DNA of 61,393 bases, filler included, from 6 parts of 6 records of this genome joined end to end with filler, not necessarily neighbours in it; one strand, 5' to 3'; positions 11,883 to 22,185 are shown, counted from the whole stretch's first letter. A program made the numbers and translations. The notes: generated from the letters alone by a model not told the origin.

Positions 11883-12214
11883 ACGGCTATGTCATGGCCG
11901 TCATCTTCGCGATGGCGGCGGTTACCTTCGCCGGCCGGGTGGCGCCTTTCCTGTTCCTGGATCGTTTCGCCCAGCACCGTGCGGTGCGCTACGTCGGGCG
12001 CGGCACGCCTCCGGTAATCCTGACTCTTTTGGTGCTTTATTGCCTGAAAGGCGTGTCGATTTCGCTGCCGCCTTATGGATTGCCCGAGGCCCTGGCGCTG
12101 TTCGTCACCGTCGGCTTGCATCTGCTGTTCCGCAATGCGTTGGTCAGCATCGGGGCCGGCACGGCGGCCTACATGACCCTGGTGCAAACCGGAATTCTGC
12201 AGAATCTTTTTTAG
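11879..12214 (+). CDS. azlD: AzlD-family small exporter subunit
   Basis: ATGA overlap with azlC. Motifs VTFAGRVAPF, LLVLYCLK and LVSIGAGTAAYM. Confidence 0.87.
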   Translation: MNGYVMAVIFAMAAVTFAGRVAPFLFLDRFAQHRAVRYVGRGTPPVILTLLVLYCLKGVSISLPPYGLPEALALFVTVGLHLLFRNALVSIGAGTAAYMTLVQTGILQNLF

Positions 12215-12225
12215 GGTTCCCGCTT

Positions 12226-13137
12226 TTAGGAGTCCTGGCGTTTCGCCACCACCTGTTCGCGCCACAGGATGTAAAGCCCGGCGGCTGCGACGATGACCGA
12301 TCCGCTGATCACGTATATGTCCGGCAGGTCGCCGAACAGGACGAAGCCGAAGATCACCGCCCAGATCATCTGCGAATACTGGAACGGCGCCACCACCGGC
12401 CCGGGGGCGTTTTTGAAGGCCTGGACCATGAAGATGTGGGCCAATCCGACCAGAATACCGGCCAGCGCGACAAGGCCGAGGTCGGTCAGATCCATGCCCC
12501 GGAAAACGAAGATGGTGACGACCCCCGGAACGATCAGTTTGGCGATGAAGGACCAGAAAACGATGGCGCCGTCGGGTTCGGCATCGCCGATTTGACGGAT
12601 CATGATCAGGGCCAGGGACCAAGTCAGCGCCGCCAGACCGGCCGCCGCATATCCGATGTCGAGCGGTATCATGCCCGGCCGCAGGATGACGACGACACCG
12701 GCGAACCCGGCCAGGACCGAAGCCCAGCGGTGAATCCCGACCCGTTCCTTGATGATGATCGGCGTCAACGCCGTGATAATCAGCGGCGGCGTGAAGATCA
12801 GGGTATAGACGTTGGCCAGGGGAAGGCGGCTGAACGCCCAGTAGATAGACACCGTGTCGACCAGTAAAAGAAGACTGATTGCCAAGACGATTTTGGGGTT
12901 GCGGGGCCTTAATACGGCCATGCCACCGGTGCGCGAAACCAGGAACGCAATCGGAATCATGGCAAAGACCGCGGTCATCATCGAAATCTGGAAAACCGAA
13001 TATCCCGTAGTCAGCCATTTGACGGCGGCGTCGGCGGCGGAAAACAAAGCGAAGGAACTTGCCGACAACGCGATGCCCCGGCCGATGCGATCGCCGGTTC
13101 TCATCGCACCCGTCCGCGGGACGGGCGCGGCACGCAC
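12226..13137 (-). CDS. DMT/EamA-family transporter (start may be 13104)
   Basis: About 10 TM segments with KERVGIHRW, VILRPG and VAPFQYSQMIWA motifs. Confidence 0.9.
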   Translation of the reverse strand: MRAAPVPRTGAMRTGDRIGRGIALSASSFALFSAADAAVKWLTTGYSVFQISMMTAVFAMIPIAFLVSRTGGMAVLRPRNPKIVLAISLLLLVDTVSIYWAFSRLPLANVYTLIFTPPLIITALTPIIIKERVGIHRWASVLAGFAGVVVILRPGMIPLDIGYAAAGLAALTWSLALIMIRQIGDAEPDGAIVFWSFIAKLIVPGVVTIFVFRGMDLTDLGLVALAGILVGLAHIFMVQAFKNAPGPVVAPFQYSQMIWAVIFGFVLFGDLPDIYVISGSVIVAAAGLYILWREQVVAKRQDS

Positions 13138-13223
13138 CTGCTCGCAAATTCCATGACAACCTCGATCGGTGAAGGCGCCGGATCGACGGCGGCGAAAAAG
13201 AAGCGTCCGGAATCTAGCAAATG

Positions 13224-13248
13224 AAAACGGCCCGCGAAAGGGGGCCGT
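13224..13248 (-). terminator. Probable intrinsic terminator of the small upstream gene
   Basis: Minus strand reads ACGGCCC-CCTTTCGC-GGGCCGT-TTT, 46 nt after the stop at 13295. Confidence 0.5.
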
Positions 13249-13294
13249 CCATTCGTGACGTCGAGGTAAGGGGGCGGTTCAGGGCCGCCGTTAC

Positions 13295-13540
13295 TCAGTG
13301 AAGGCGGGAATACCGCAGGTTCGATTGTGCTTGGCTTTGCCCGACCAACTTCTCGATTTCGTTGATAATCAACAGTGCCCGGTCCAAATGCGGCCGGTCG
13401 CCTGTTCTTGAAATGAAATCGGCGCGCTCCAACGCGATCTCGAGCGCCAATTTGCCGTGGCGCGCAAACAGCGCGCGGGCATCCCGTTCAACTTTGCCAT
13501 GATTGACCATGCTACCCCCCAATGGATACTGTCCAACCAA
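13295..13540 (-). CDS. Small hypothetical helical protein (start possibly 13510)
   Basis: Amphipathic helical ORF (ARALFARHGKLALEIALERA) followed by a terminator-like hairpin. Confidence 0.55.
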   Translation of the reverse strand: MVGQYPLGGSMVNHGKVERDARALFARHGKLALEIALERADFISRTGDRPHLDRALLIINEIEKLVGQSQAQSNLRYSRLH

Positions 13541-13818
13541 CCCCGTGCCCTACTAAGGTGGTTTGGTCCAACCGTTCCGACAATCGGAATCTATGGGAAG
13601 ATAAACCGGAGAGTCGGTTGGGAGAGGTTCATATTCTGCGAACTCCGCCAACCGGGTATTGACTCCCGATTCCGAGGGCCATGATCCCGCAAATAGGGGG
13701 ATTCATCTCTGTGAACGGATTCTATTCCGAAGCTCTATCTGGATACGAGAATATCCATCCGGAATAATGCAACCGTTGGGCGTTAAGCGTGTCTCGTTCC
13801 GCTTTTCGGCCGGTCCCG

Positions 13819-15303
13819 TCAACCCACTTCGTCGAGGGTATCCTGGTGCGGATAGCGGTGGTAGTGCCGGTGTTGGCCGGAACCGCGCCCGTAATAGTTC
13901 CAGGACGGGAAATTGAAATCCGCGGTTACCGAGGTCGGGAAAAGCAATACCGCCTGCAGGAAGGTTTCCAGATCCGGAATGCCGTAGACGTTGACCTCCC
14001 ATCCCCAATCCTGAAGCTGTTTCAGGATGCGGCGTTTGCCTTTGGTCTGCCATCCCAGCGAAAACCGGTTCATGCCCCAGTCGCCGAACAGCTCGCACAT
14101 CTCGCGGGCCTTTTCCGGCAGGGCGAGGACGATCGGCCCCAGAAAATCGATCGACGTCTGGACGACGGCGCCGGGATGCGCGGCCGCAACCCTGCGAAAA
14201 CCCTCTTCGCGCATGTCTTCCAGGTCGCAGGTGATCCACAGGCGTGAATCGTCGATTCCGAAATGCCCGATGCGTTCAAGAACGGTATCCAGCACCGCAT
14301 CGTTTTCCTTGATGTCGACCTTTATCGATTTGCCGGCCCGCCCGGCGGCGCTCAGGAAATCGTCCAGGGACAGAAAACTGTCGGTCTCGGTCCAGGGGTT
14401 TTCGTCGAACCCGTCGTGGCGCAGGACAATCCGTCCGGCCGGGTCGCAGCGGACGTCGATTTCGCCCCAGGCGACCGGCGATGCAAGGAAGTGGCGCAGG
14501 TTTTCCTGATCGTTGACGCCGTGCCAGACAAGCTGCACGCGTTCCGGCAGGTCGCGTTCGCTCAACAGGTTGGTGATGTCGTAACGACCGCCGCGGACCG
14601 TGCGCGGGGTCGGTTTCGGCACCGAATTGAAGATCGTCTCGGCGTGCAGGAACAGGATCTCATTGCCCGCATCGACGGCGATCATGGTTTCGATGTTTTC
14701 GGGTTCGTTGTCGATCATCGCGAAAACCCGATAGCCCTGCTCGCGGAAATGGGCCAGGGCGGCGGCCTTGTAGCCCGGAATAAACTCGTCGCCTTCGCCT
14801 GGGGCCATCCAAAGAAGCGCGCTGTCGAAGGCGACATGATAGTCGCTGCCGATGGCGTTCAGGGAATCCAACGTGTCCCGGCGCATGGGCTCCGGCCGGC
14901 CGGTGTTCAGCGCAACACGAGTATTCGGCTGGATCTGGAACCAGCGGATGACGTCCATGACGCCGGGAAACGGCCGATGCGAGGCAAGAATTGCCTGCCG
15001 CGACCATTTGCGCGCCTCGTACCATTCGACGATTTCCGTTGCCGTCGCCGGGTCGATCCCACGCCCGAGCAGCAGCGGCATGACGTCGTTTTCATGGACC
15101 TCGATATCCTCGGCGACCATCCCGCTGAAATGGGTGGTGTCGTGTTCGCCGTCGTAGGCCAGCAGCAGATGACAGACCAGGTGGCGCATATCGACGATGG
15201 TACCGTCGATGTCGAAGACAATCAGCAGTTCGTCGTCCGGGAAGCGCCGGCGCACCGCCGCGTAGTGATCGGATAGGGATTTCATCCAGTCTGACGTGTT
15301 CAT
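13819..15303 (-). CDS. HAD-superfamily phosphatase fused to a DUF2181/FAM151-like phosphodiesterase-fold domain
   Basis: N-terminal HAD motifs FDIDGT, NTGR, K and IDNEPEN. C-terminal WHGVN...GEIDV...LRHD...LSLDDFL...KSIKVDIK resembles GDPD-like/FAM151 domains. Confidence 0.7.
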   Translation of the reverse strand: MNTSDWMKSLSDHYAAVRRRFPDDELLIVFDIDGTIVDMRHLVCHLLLAYDGEHDTTHFSGMVAEDIEVHENDVMPLLLGRGIDPATATEIVEWYEARKWSRQAILASHRPFPGVMDVIRWFQIQPNTRVALNTGRPEPMRRDTLDSLNAIGSDYHVAFDSALLWMAPGEGDEFIPGYKAAALAHFREQGYRVFAMIDNEPENIETMIAVDAGNEILFLHAETIFNSVPKPTPRTVRGGRYDITNLLSERDLPERVQLVWHGVNDQENLRHFLASPVAWGEIDVRCDPAGRIVLRHDGFDENPWTETDSFLSLDDFLSAAGRAGKSIKVDIKENDAVLDTVLERIGHFGIDDSRLWITCDLEDMREEGFRRVAAAHPGAVVQTSIDFLGPIVLALPEKAREMCELFGDWGMNRFSLGWQTKGKRRILKQLQDWGWEVNVYGIPDLETFLQAVLLFPTSVTADFNFPSWNYYGRGSGQHRHYHRYPHQDTLDEVG

Positions 15304-15471
15304 GCTTTCCTGCCTCTTGTACGGGGTCTCAATGCGAGGGTCGAGACGACAATACCCCGGATCGGCTCGCCGGTGTTATGAAGCGAAGCCGTCCCAAAAG
15401 GCAAGAATGCACGTACGAGGTTTCGTTTTTGTGACGGTCCTGCCATGGATCTCGCGGACGACGTGATGCCG

Positions 15472-17340
15472 CTATTCGGCGGCGTCGATGGCGTCGAACA
15501 CCGGGTCTTCCTGATCGGCGGTTTCCAGCACCTCGAGCGCCCGGCTGGCCTCCTGCTGACGGGTCCACATCTCGGCGTAGACACCGCCCGCCGCCAACAG
15601 CCGGCGATGGTTGCCGCGCTCGACGACGCGCCCGGCTTCCAGCACCAGGATCTCGTCGGCGTCGACGACGGTCGACAGCCGGTGCGCGATGATCAGGGTC
15701 GTGCGGTCGGCCGAAACCTCGGCCAGGGACGCCTGGATTTCGCGTTCCGTATGGGTATCCAGCGCCGACGTCGCCTCGTCGAACAGCATGATCCGCGGCT
15801 GCTTCAACAGCGTCCGGGCGATGGCGACTCGTTGTTTTTCGCCGCCCGAAAGTTTCAGCCCGCGTTCGCCAACCGCTGTCTGATAGCCATCCGGCTGGGC
15901 CATGACGAAGTCGTGAATGCGGGCCAGGCGGGCGGCTTCTTCGACCTCGCTTGGCGTCGCCTGCGGGCGGCCGTAGGCGATGTTGTAGAAGACCGTGTCG
16001 TTGAACAGCACCGTGTCCTGCGGCACCATGCCGATGGCGCCGCGAAGCGACTTCTGGGTGATCGCCTGGATATCCTGGCCGTCGATCAGGATGCGGCCGG
16101 CGGTGACGTCGTAGAACCGAAACAGAAGGCGCGAGATGGTCGACTTGCCGGCGCCGCTGGGGCCGACGATGGCGACCGATTTGCCGGCCGGCACGCTGAA
16201 CGAAACCTCTTCCAGCACCCGGCGCCGTTCGTCGTAGGCAAACGATACGTTTTCGAACGTCACTTCGCCGCCGTTGACCGCCAGCGGCTCGGCGCCCGGC
16301 GCATCCTCGATCTCGGCCGATTCCCGCAACAGTTTGAACATCTGCTCCATGTCGGTCAGCGAGCGCTTGATCTCGCGATAGACGAAGCCGAGGAAATTGA
16401 GCGGCATGTAAAGCTGGATCAAATACGTGTTGACCAAAACGAAGTCGCCGACCGTCATCGAGCCGTCGGCGACGCCGTATCCGGCCATTGTCATGATCGC
16501 GATCAGGGCGGCCGAAATGATGACGCCCTGGCCGATGTTCAGCATTGAAAGCGATGTTGCGCTTTTGACCGAGGCGTGCTCGTAGGCGGCCAGCGCCTTG
16601 TCGAACCGCCGGGCCTCGTGTTCTTCGTTGCCGAAATATTTGACCGTTTCGAAATTGAGCAGCGAATCGACCGCCTTGGTGTGCGCCTCGCTGTCGGATT
16701 CGTTCATGGCCCGGCGGTATTTGAGCCGCCACTCGGTGACGATCAGCGTCCAGGCGATATACAGCGCGACGGCGCCGAAGGTGAGCACGGCGTACCAGAC
16801 AGAATAAAGCGACCACAGGATGCCACAGACCAGCGCCATCTCGAAGAAGGTCGGCAGGATGTTGAACAGCATGAAGTTCAGCAGGAACTCGATGCCGCGC
16901 ACGCCGCGTTCGATGGCGCGACTGATGCCGCCGGTCTTGCGGTCCAGGTGGAAGCGCAGCGAAAGCTTGTGCAGGTGTTCGAACGTGCTCAGCGCCGCCT
17001 TGCGGACGGCCCGTTGGGCGACCTTGGCGAAAACCGCATCGCGCAGTTCGCCGAAGGCCTGGGCAAGCACGCGGGTCAATCCGTATCCGAACAAAAGCGC
17101 CACCGGCACGGTTACGGCGGCGGCAATACCGCCGGCCAGGGCGTCGACGGCTTCCTTGTAAAATACCGGCACGCCGACATTGGCGATTTTGGCGGCGACC
17201 AGAAACGACAGTGCCAAGACGACACGAGCCCGCAGGTTCCATTCGCCGGCCGGCCACAGATAGGGCAACAGCGTGCGGATCGTCCTTAAATCGTTGCGGC
17301 TGCCCTGCAGATCGGGCATGGGGTCTCGATGTCCGGCCAT
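15472..17340 (-). CDS. Atm1/HMT1-like ABC half-transporter (permease plus ATPase)
   Basis: LSLRFHL.RKTG, DSLLNFETVKYF, QLYMPLNFLG, Walker A GPSGAGKST, LSGGEKQR and DEATSALD. Confidence 0.95.
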   Translation of the reverse strand: MAGHRDPMPDLQGSRNDLRTIRTLLPYLWPAGEWNLRARVVLALSFLVAAKIANVGVPVFYKEAVDALAGGIAAAVTVPVALLFGYGLTRVLAQAFGELRDAVFAKVAQRAVRKAALSTFEHLHKLSLRFHLDRKTGGISRAIERGVRGIEFLLNFMLFNILPTFFEMALVCGILWSLYSVWYAVLTFGAVALYIAWTLIVTEWRLKYRRAMNESDSEAHTKAVDSLLNFETVKYFGNEEHEARRFDKALAAYEHASVKSATSLSMLNIGQGVIISAALIAIMTMAGYGVADGSMTVGDFVLVNTYLIQLYMPLNFLGFVYREIKRSLTDMEQMFKLLRESAEIEDAPGAEPLAVNGGEVTFENVSFAYDERRRVLEEVSFSVPAGKSVAIVGPSGAGKSTISRLLFRFYDVTAGRILIDGQDIQAITQKSLRGAIGMVPQDTVLFNDTVFYNIAYGRPQATPSEVEEAARLARIHDFVMAQPDGYQTAVGERGLKLSGGEKQRVAIARTLLKQPRIMLFDEATSALDTHTEREIQASLAEVSADRTTLIIAHRLSTVVDADEILVLEAGRVVERGNHRRLLAAGGVYAEMWTRQQEASRALEVLETADQEDPVFDAIDAAE

Positions 17341-17565
17341 TCTGTCCTTTGCTTTCCCCGGTGCCTTGCGTTGAATGTCAAAGCATGCTCTCAGCGTGCA
17401 ATATGGGTAAGGAACGGCTGTGATGCCATGGCCCGCCTCCCGTTGTCCGGCGATGTCCTTGCCGGGGGCGGCCGGCGCGATAAAGAAAACGCCGCGACGG
17501 ATCGCGGCGCTTCAAATGAATGAAATGATATTTCGGCGGGCTCCCGTTCCCGCCCTGTCCGGCTG

Positions 17566-17775
17566 CTACTCCACGACCACGAGATTATCGGCCGCGGGCC
17601 TCCCGCGCATGTCCGGAACAAGCTCGAATTGGATCTTCTGCCCTTCTTTCAAAGAAGAAAGGCCGGCACGCTCCACGGCGGTAATGTGGACGAAGGCATC
17701 CTTTTCACCACCTTCTTGTTCTATGAAGCCGTAACCCTTGCGAGTATTGAACCATTTTACCGTACCAGTTGGCAT
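17566..17775 (-). CDS. Cold-shock protein (CspA family)
   Basis: GTVKWFNTRKGYGFI and DAFVHITA. Start reassigned to ATG 17775, downstream of a GAGAG RBS-like sequence (69 aa). Confidence 0.95.
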   Translation of the reverse strand: MPTGTVKWFNTRKGYGFIEQEGGEKDAFVHITAVERAGLSSLKEGQKIQFELVPDMRGRPAADNLVVVE

Positions 17776-17976
17776 GATGATCTCTCTTATATAGTTCGCA
17801 CTATCCCACCCCGTATTCTTTATGGGGATACTATTAAGGGTACCCTCCGGGACTGATGCGAAGCAACAATAATTGATCATTTCAGCATTGACCGGAGACC
17901 GATTGTTCCACAGACGGAACAAATCGGTCATATATCATTTGGAATCATGGCGATTCTGCGTCTGTATTTGTTTTTG

Positions 17977-18076
17977 NNNNNNNNNNNNNNNNNNNNNNNN
18001 NNNNNNNNNNNNNNNNNNNNTTAATTAATTAANNNNNNNNNNNNNNNNNNNNNNNNNNNNNNNNNNNNNNNNNNNN
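17977..18076. other. Artificial contig spacer
   Basis: N44-TTAATTAATTAA-N44. Confidence 0.99.
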
Positions 18077-19088
18077 GCAGGGTCACGCAGGTTGCCGCTT
18101 CATGCTTGAAGCGCCCGAGGGAAGTCCGCTTGACCGGCGTCGAGGACGGATCATAGGGGTCGTACTCGACCATCCAGCCGAAACGATTGGGTTCGTTCGG
18201 TTCCTTTTCGACGTTGAAACGATCGAAGAAGCGGGACCAGGAATAGCCGCTCTTGCCCTTGATGCCGTAGGAACGATAGTTCTCTTCCTCGGTCGTCTTG
18301 GCCGGATCGCCGCCGAAATAGCCGTGGAAGTTCTCTTCGGCGAAAAGCACCGTACCCCAGGGCGTAATGCCGCCCGCACAGTTGTTGACGGTCCCGATCA
18401 CGCGGGTGCCGGTAACATCGTACGAAGTTTTCAGGCGATCGCTGCCGGCCGCCGGCCCGCTGATCTCCATAACGGTGGAACGCGTCGAAATTCGGCGGGC
18501 ATAGGGGCTGTTCTGCACCACTTGCCATTGATTGCCGACCTTCTTGATTTCGATGACGGCGTGGCCATGGGCGGCCATCTCGATATCGGCCTGGTCGCGG
18601 GACATTTGTGCGACCTTGGTCTTGCCGGTCAGTCCCGGGAACATCAGCTCGGCGTCGGTGTACTCGTGGTTGACGCAAAGCAGGCCGTGATCGCTGTTCT
18701 GCGAACCCGCCGGCAAAGGCAAATAGGCCACGAAGTCGTTGTTGTAGCCGAATTGCTTTTCCTGGGCGTCGGCCGATTGGTTCGTCGGCGACCATTCCGG
18801 CGCATCGCCAAGGACCTTGTCGCCCCAACGGATCAGAACCTGGGCACTGTAGCCGGGCGCCACGTGGTGGTCGTCCTTGATCACATGATCGGCTTGTTTG
18901 AAAGACAATGTCGACGGGTCGCCGGCGGCAGCCAGCGCGGCCTGACTGAAAACACGAAGGGGAACGATTCCGCTTGCCGCGGCGGCGGTGCCGCCGGCAA
19001 GCAGACCTTTGACTGCGGCGCGGCGCGTCATGCGGGTGGCGATGATGTCGCCGAGGTGATTGCGTGAGTGATTGGCTTTCCTAGACAT
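18077..19088 (-). CDS. phoX: PhoX-family alkaline phosphatase, 3'-truncated
   Basis: Tat signal (TRRAAVKG), QFGYNNDF, VNHEY, NNCAGGITPWGT, EENF, EPNRFGW and GRFKHE. Start reassigned to 19088. Confidence 0.93.
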
Positions 19089-19179
19089 CTGTCGTCCTCT
19101 CTTTCGGTTCGATGCGGGCATGCCGGCTGTAAATTGAGCCACGGAATTCGATTGGCGGATTTCCTCTACCTTATTGTTT

Positions 19180-19401
19180 TTAATAAAAAAAATAGTCCTT
19201 CTCGGCTCCGCAATCGGGGCAAATCCAATCCTCGGGCAAAACCTCGAAAGGAACCCCGGGCGGAATGTCCTGACAGTCGTCACCGTCTCTCGGGTCGAAG
19301 ACGTAGGTGCAACGGGTACACACCCAAAGTTCCAAGCGGCCTTCGGAATTTCGGGCCACGTCTTTCGGCCATTTGGATTCGTCGAGCAGGTCCGTTCGCA
19401 T
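19180..19401 (-). CDS. Rubredoxin with an N-terminal extension
   Basis: WVCTRCTYVFDP..GD...IPPGVPFEVLPEDWICPDCG: two CxxC knuckles in canonical context. Confidence 0.88.
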   Translation of the reverse strand: MRTDLLDESKWPKDVARNSEGRLELWVCTRCTYVFDPRDGDDCQDIPPGVPFEVLPEDWICPDCGAEKDYFFY

Positions 19402-19628
19402 GTCTTGTTGTCGATGATAGATTTGTCGTTCGGAGACGATACGAGGATAGGAATCCAGCGTTACGGTTTGTTGACCCGTCTATTTCCGAAATATGTACTT
19501 TGTGCTTTCTCCAAGTAAATTCGCGCTTATATTAATAATGTTTTTTATTTTCATTTTAATGATATGCCGGTAACTCCTTCCCGGAAACAAATAAACCGGT
19601 TTTAATATTTCCTGCGACCTCCGTTTGG

Positions 19629-19646
19629 ATGTCACACAACTGTCAC
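19629..19646 (+). promoter_or_regulatory. Pho-box-like direct repeat
   Basis: ATGTCAC-ACAA-CTGTCAC, an 11-bp period matching the CTGTCAY-N4-CTGTCAY consensus. Its orientation is opposite to phoX. Confidence 0.4.
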
Positions 19647-19760
19647 TGACATCCAGGCGATCCCGTTGGCTTAATGGAATCGTTTCTTGCCGCGCCGAAG
19701 CTCCGTGTCGCTTTGAACCGGGAGGTGTGAAGGGCCGGTCTTTTTTTTCCGAAAACATTT

Positions 19761-19786
19761 GAAATACAAACATCTGTTCATATATT
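19761..19786. promoter_or_regulatory. SmtB/ArsR-type 12-2-12 operator
   Basis: GAAATACAAACA-TC-TGTTCATATATT (8 of 12 positions complementary), 30 nt upstream of the ArsR start. Confidence 0.65.
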
Positions 19787-19816
19787 CATGAGTGTGGATT
19801 GAACGGAGAACAAGCC

Positions 19817-20134
19817 ATGACCGACGATCACGCCGTCGAAATCGCCGAAGTCTTTCGTCTTCTCGGAGACCCGACACGGCTGCGTGTCATCCTGGCCTGC
19901 CTCAACGAGGCCAAGGCAGTGGGCGATATCGCTGTCGAGGTCGGCATTTCACAATCCCTGACCAGTCATCATCTGCGCTTGTTGCGGGCGGCGAGGCTTG
20001 TTCGCGGCGATCGCCACGGTCGGGAAATCCATTACACGGCCGCCGACGAACACGTGCGCTGCATACTGGTCGACATGGTCGACCATGTCGGCGAAACCGA
20101 ACATACGACCGAAAATACATTGGAGACCGTTTGA
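19817..20134 (+). CDS. ArsR/SmtB-family metal-sensing repressor
   Basis: FRLLGDPTRLRV, SQSLTSHHLRLLR, and an alpha5 metal site DxH-x10-Hx2E (DEHVRCILVDMVDHVGE). GGAG precedes ATG 19817. Confidence 0.92.
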   Translation: MTDDHAVEIAEVFRLLGDPTRLRVILACLNEAKAVGDIAVEVGISQSLTSHHLRLLRAARLVRGDRHGREIHYTAADEHVRCILVDMVDHVGETEHTTENTLETV

Positions 20135-20767
20135 ATGGCCGGATGCTGTCACGGATGCGGACCGGATGACGAAACGATCATCGGCGCCTACCGCCGGGTT
20201 TTATGGATCGTCATCGCCATCAACGGCATCATGTTCTTCGTCGAGATGACCGGCGGCCTGATGGCCGGTTCGGTATCGCTTCAGGCCGATGCGCTCGATT
20301 TCCTGGGCGATGCCGCCACATACGGGATCAGTCTTTTCGTCCTGTCGATGAGCCTGCGCTGGCGGGCCAGTGCCGCCCTCGTCAAGGGCGCCTCGATGGG
20401 CCTGTTCGGTGTCTGGGTCGTCGGCAATTCCGTCTATCACATGCTGATCCCCGGCCTACCCAGCGCCTCGATCATGGGCGGCATCGGTTTCGCCGCCCTG
20501 ATCGCCAACCTGACCAGCGCCGCCCTTCTCTACCGACACCGCCAAGGCGATGCCAACATGCGCTCGGTCTGGCTTTGCACCCGCAACGACGCGGTTTCCA
20601 ATATCGCCGTCATGATCGCCGCCAGCGGCGTCTGGGCGACGGCGACCGGATGGCCGGACCTCATCGTCGGCCTGATCATGGCCGGTCTTGCCCTGAGTTC
20701 GTGTTATCAGGTGATCCGCCAGGCCCGCGGCGAATTGTCGGAAGCGGCAGCCACTGTCACGGCATAG
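20135..20767 (+). CDS. CDF-family cation efflux transporter (short form lacking the C-terminal domain)
   Basis: SLQADALDFLGD, DANMRSVWLCTRND and WPDLIVG. Abuts the ArsR gene. Confidence 0.9.
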   Translation: MAGCCHGCGPDDETIIGAYRRVLWIVIAINGIMFFVEMTGGLMAGSVSLQADALDFLGDAATYGISLFVLSMSLRWRASAALVKGASMGLFGVWVVGNSVYHMLIPGLPSASIMGGIGFAALIANLTSAALLYRHRQGDANMRSVWLCTRNDAVSNIAVMIAASGVWATATGWPDLIVGLIMAGLALSSCYQVIRQARGELSEAAATVTA

Positions 20768-20799
20768 CCGCGCGCGTTTCCCTTGGTTATGATCGGGCC

Positions 20800-21270
20800 A
20801 TGCGTTTGGCCCTTTTCGAACCCGATATTCCGCAAAACACCGGTACGATGGTGCGGCTCGCCCATTGCCTGGCCGTGCCGGTCGACATCATCGAGCCTTG
20901 CGGGTTCGTTCTTGAAGACAAGCGGCTTCGGCGCGCCGGGATGGACTATCTGATGCGGGCCAATGTCATGCGGCATGATTCGTGGGATGGTTTCCAGAAT
21001 TCGCGAGCCGACGCCGGCGGGCGTCTGGTCCTACTGACAACCCGGAGCGACGTTTCCCACCTTGAATTTTCCTTCGCCGAAACCGATACCATCATGGTCG
21101 GGCGCGAAAGCGCCGGCGTTCCCGACGCGGTGCACGACGCGGTCGAAGCGCGTGTAAGGATCCCCATGGCGCCGGGGGAACGGTCCCTCAACGTCGCGAT
21201 CGCCGCGGCTATCGCACTGGCGGAGGCGTTGCGCCAGACCGGCGGGTTCCCAAAGGAAGAAAGCCAATGA
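20800..21270 (+). CDS. trmL: tRNA (cytidine/uridine 34-2'-O)-methyltransferase
   Basis: [27 protein letters not shown] and [12 protein letters not shown]. Start reassigned to 20800. Confidence 0.93.
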   Translation: MRLALFEPDIPQNTGTMVRLAHCLAVPVDIIEPCGFVLEDKRLRRAGMDYLMRANVMRHDSWDGFQNSRADAGGRLVLLTTRSDVSHLEFSFAETDTIMVGRESAGVPDAVHDAVEARVRIPMAPGERSLNVAIAAAIALAEALRQTGGFPKEESQ

Positions 21271-22145
21271 CCGAAAGATTCGGCGACGCCGATAAAAAAA
21301 AGGCCTCCGCCTGGTTCGAACGACTTCGCGACGACCTGTGCGCCGAACTGGAAACGATCGAGCGCGAAATCGCCTCACCTGACCGAGCCGGCGGCAAGGA
21401 TCCGGCACTGTTCCAACGCCAGACCTGGACGAGGCCCGCCGACACGGCCGGCGTCGACGGCGGCGGCGGCACCATGGCCATCCTGCGCGGCCGCGTTTTC
21501 GAGAAGGCCGGGGTCAACGTTTCCAATGTCAGCGGCGAATTTTCGGAAGAGTTCCGGAGCCGTATCCCGGGCGCCGATGAGGATCCGCGTTTTTGGGCAT
21601 CGGGTATTTCCGTCGTCATTCATCCGGCATCGCCGTTGGTTCCGGCCGCCCACATGAACACGCGTATGATCGTCACCACCAAAGGCTGGTTCGGCGGCGG
21701 CGCCGACTTGACGCCGGTGTTCGAGGATGCATCCGACACCGCCGACTTCCACGGCGCCCTCAAGGACGTCTGCGACGCCTATCGCGATGGCGCCTACGAC
21801 GAATACAAAAAATGGTGCGACGAATATTTCTTCCTGCCGCACCGGAACGAGGCGCGCGGCATCGGCGGCATATTTTACGACAACCTGTACAGCGAAGACT
21901 GGGAGAAGGATTTCGAATTCACCCGCAACGTCGGCCGCGCCTTCGCCCGCATCTATCCCGAGATCGTGCGTCGCCACGCCGACAAGGCCTGGACCGCCGA
22001 ACAACGCCAACAGCAGATGATCAAGCGCGGACGGTATGTCGAGTTCAACCTGCTGTACGACCGCGGCACATTGTTCGGTCTCAAGACCGGCGGCAACGTC
22101 GATGCCATCCTGATGAGCCTGCCGCCGATGACGGCCTGGCCGTAA
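21267..22145 (+). CDS. hemF: Oxygen-dependent coproporphyrinogen III oxidase
   Basis: [41 protein letters not shown] and [15 protein letters not shown]. Confidence 0.97.
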   Translation: MTERFGDADKKKASAWFERLRDDLCAELETIEREIASPDRAGGKDPALFQRQTWTRPADTAGVDGGGGTMAILRGRVFEKAGVNVSNVSGEFSEEFRSRIPGADEDPRFWASGISVVIHPASPLVPAAHMNTRMIVTTKGWFGGGADLTPVFEDASDTADFHGALKDVCDAYRDGAYDEYKKWCDEYFFLPHRNEARGIGGIFYDNLYSEDWEKDFEFTRNVGRAFARIYPEIVRRHADKAWTAEQRQQQMIKRGRYVEFNLLYDRGTLFGLKTGGNVDAILMSLPPMTAWP

Positions 22146-22185
22146 GTCATCCATCGCAGAATAAGAAATCAGCGTTCAAATGAGA

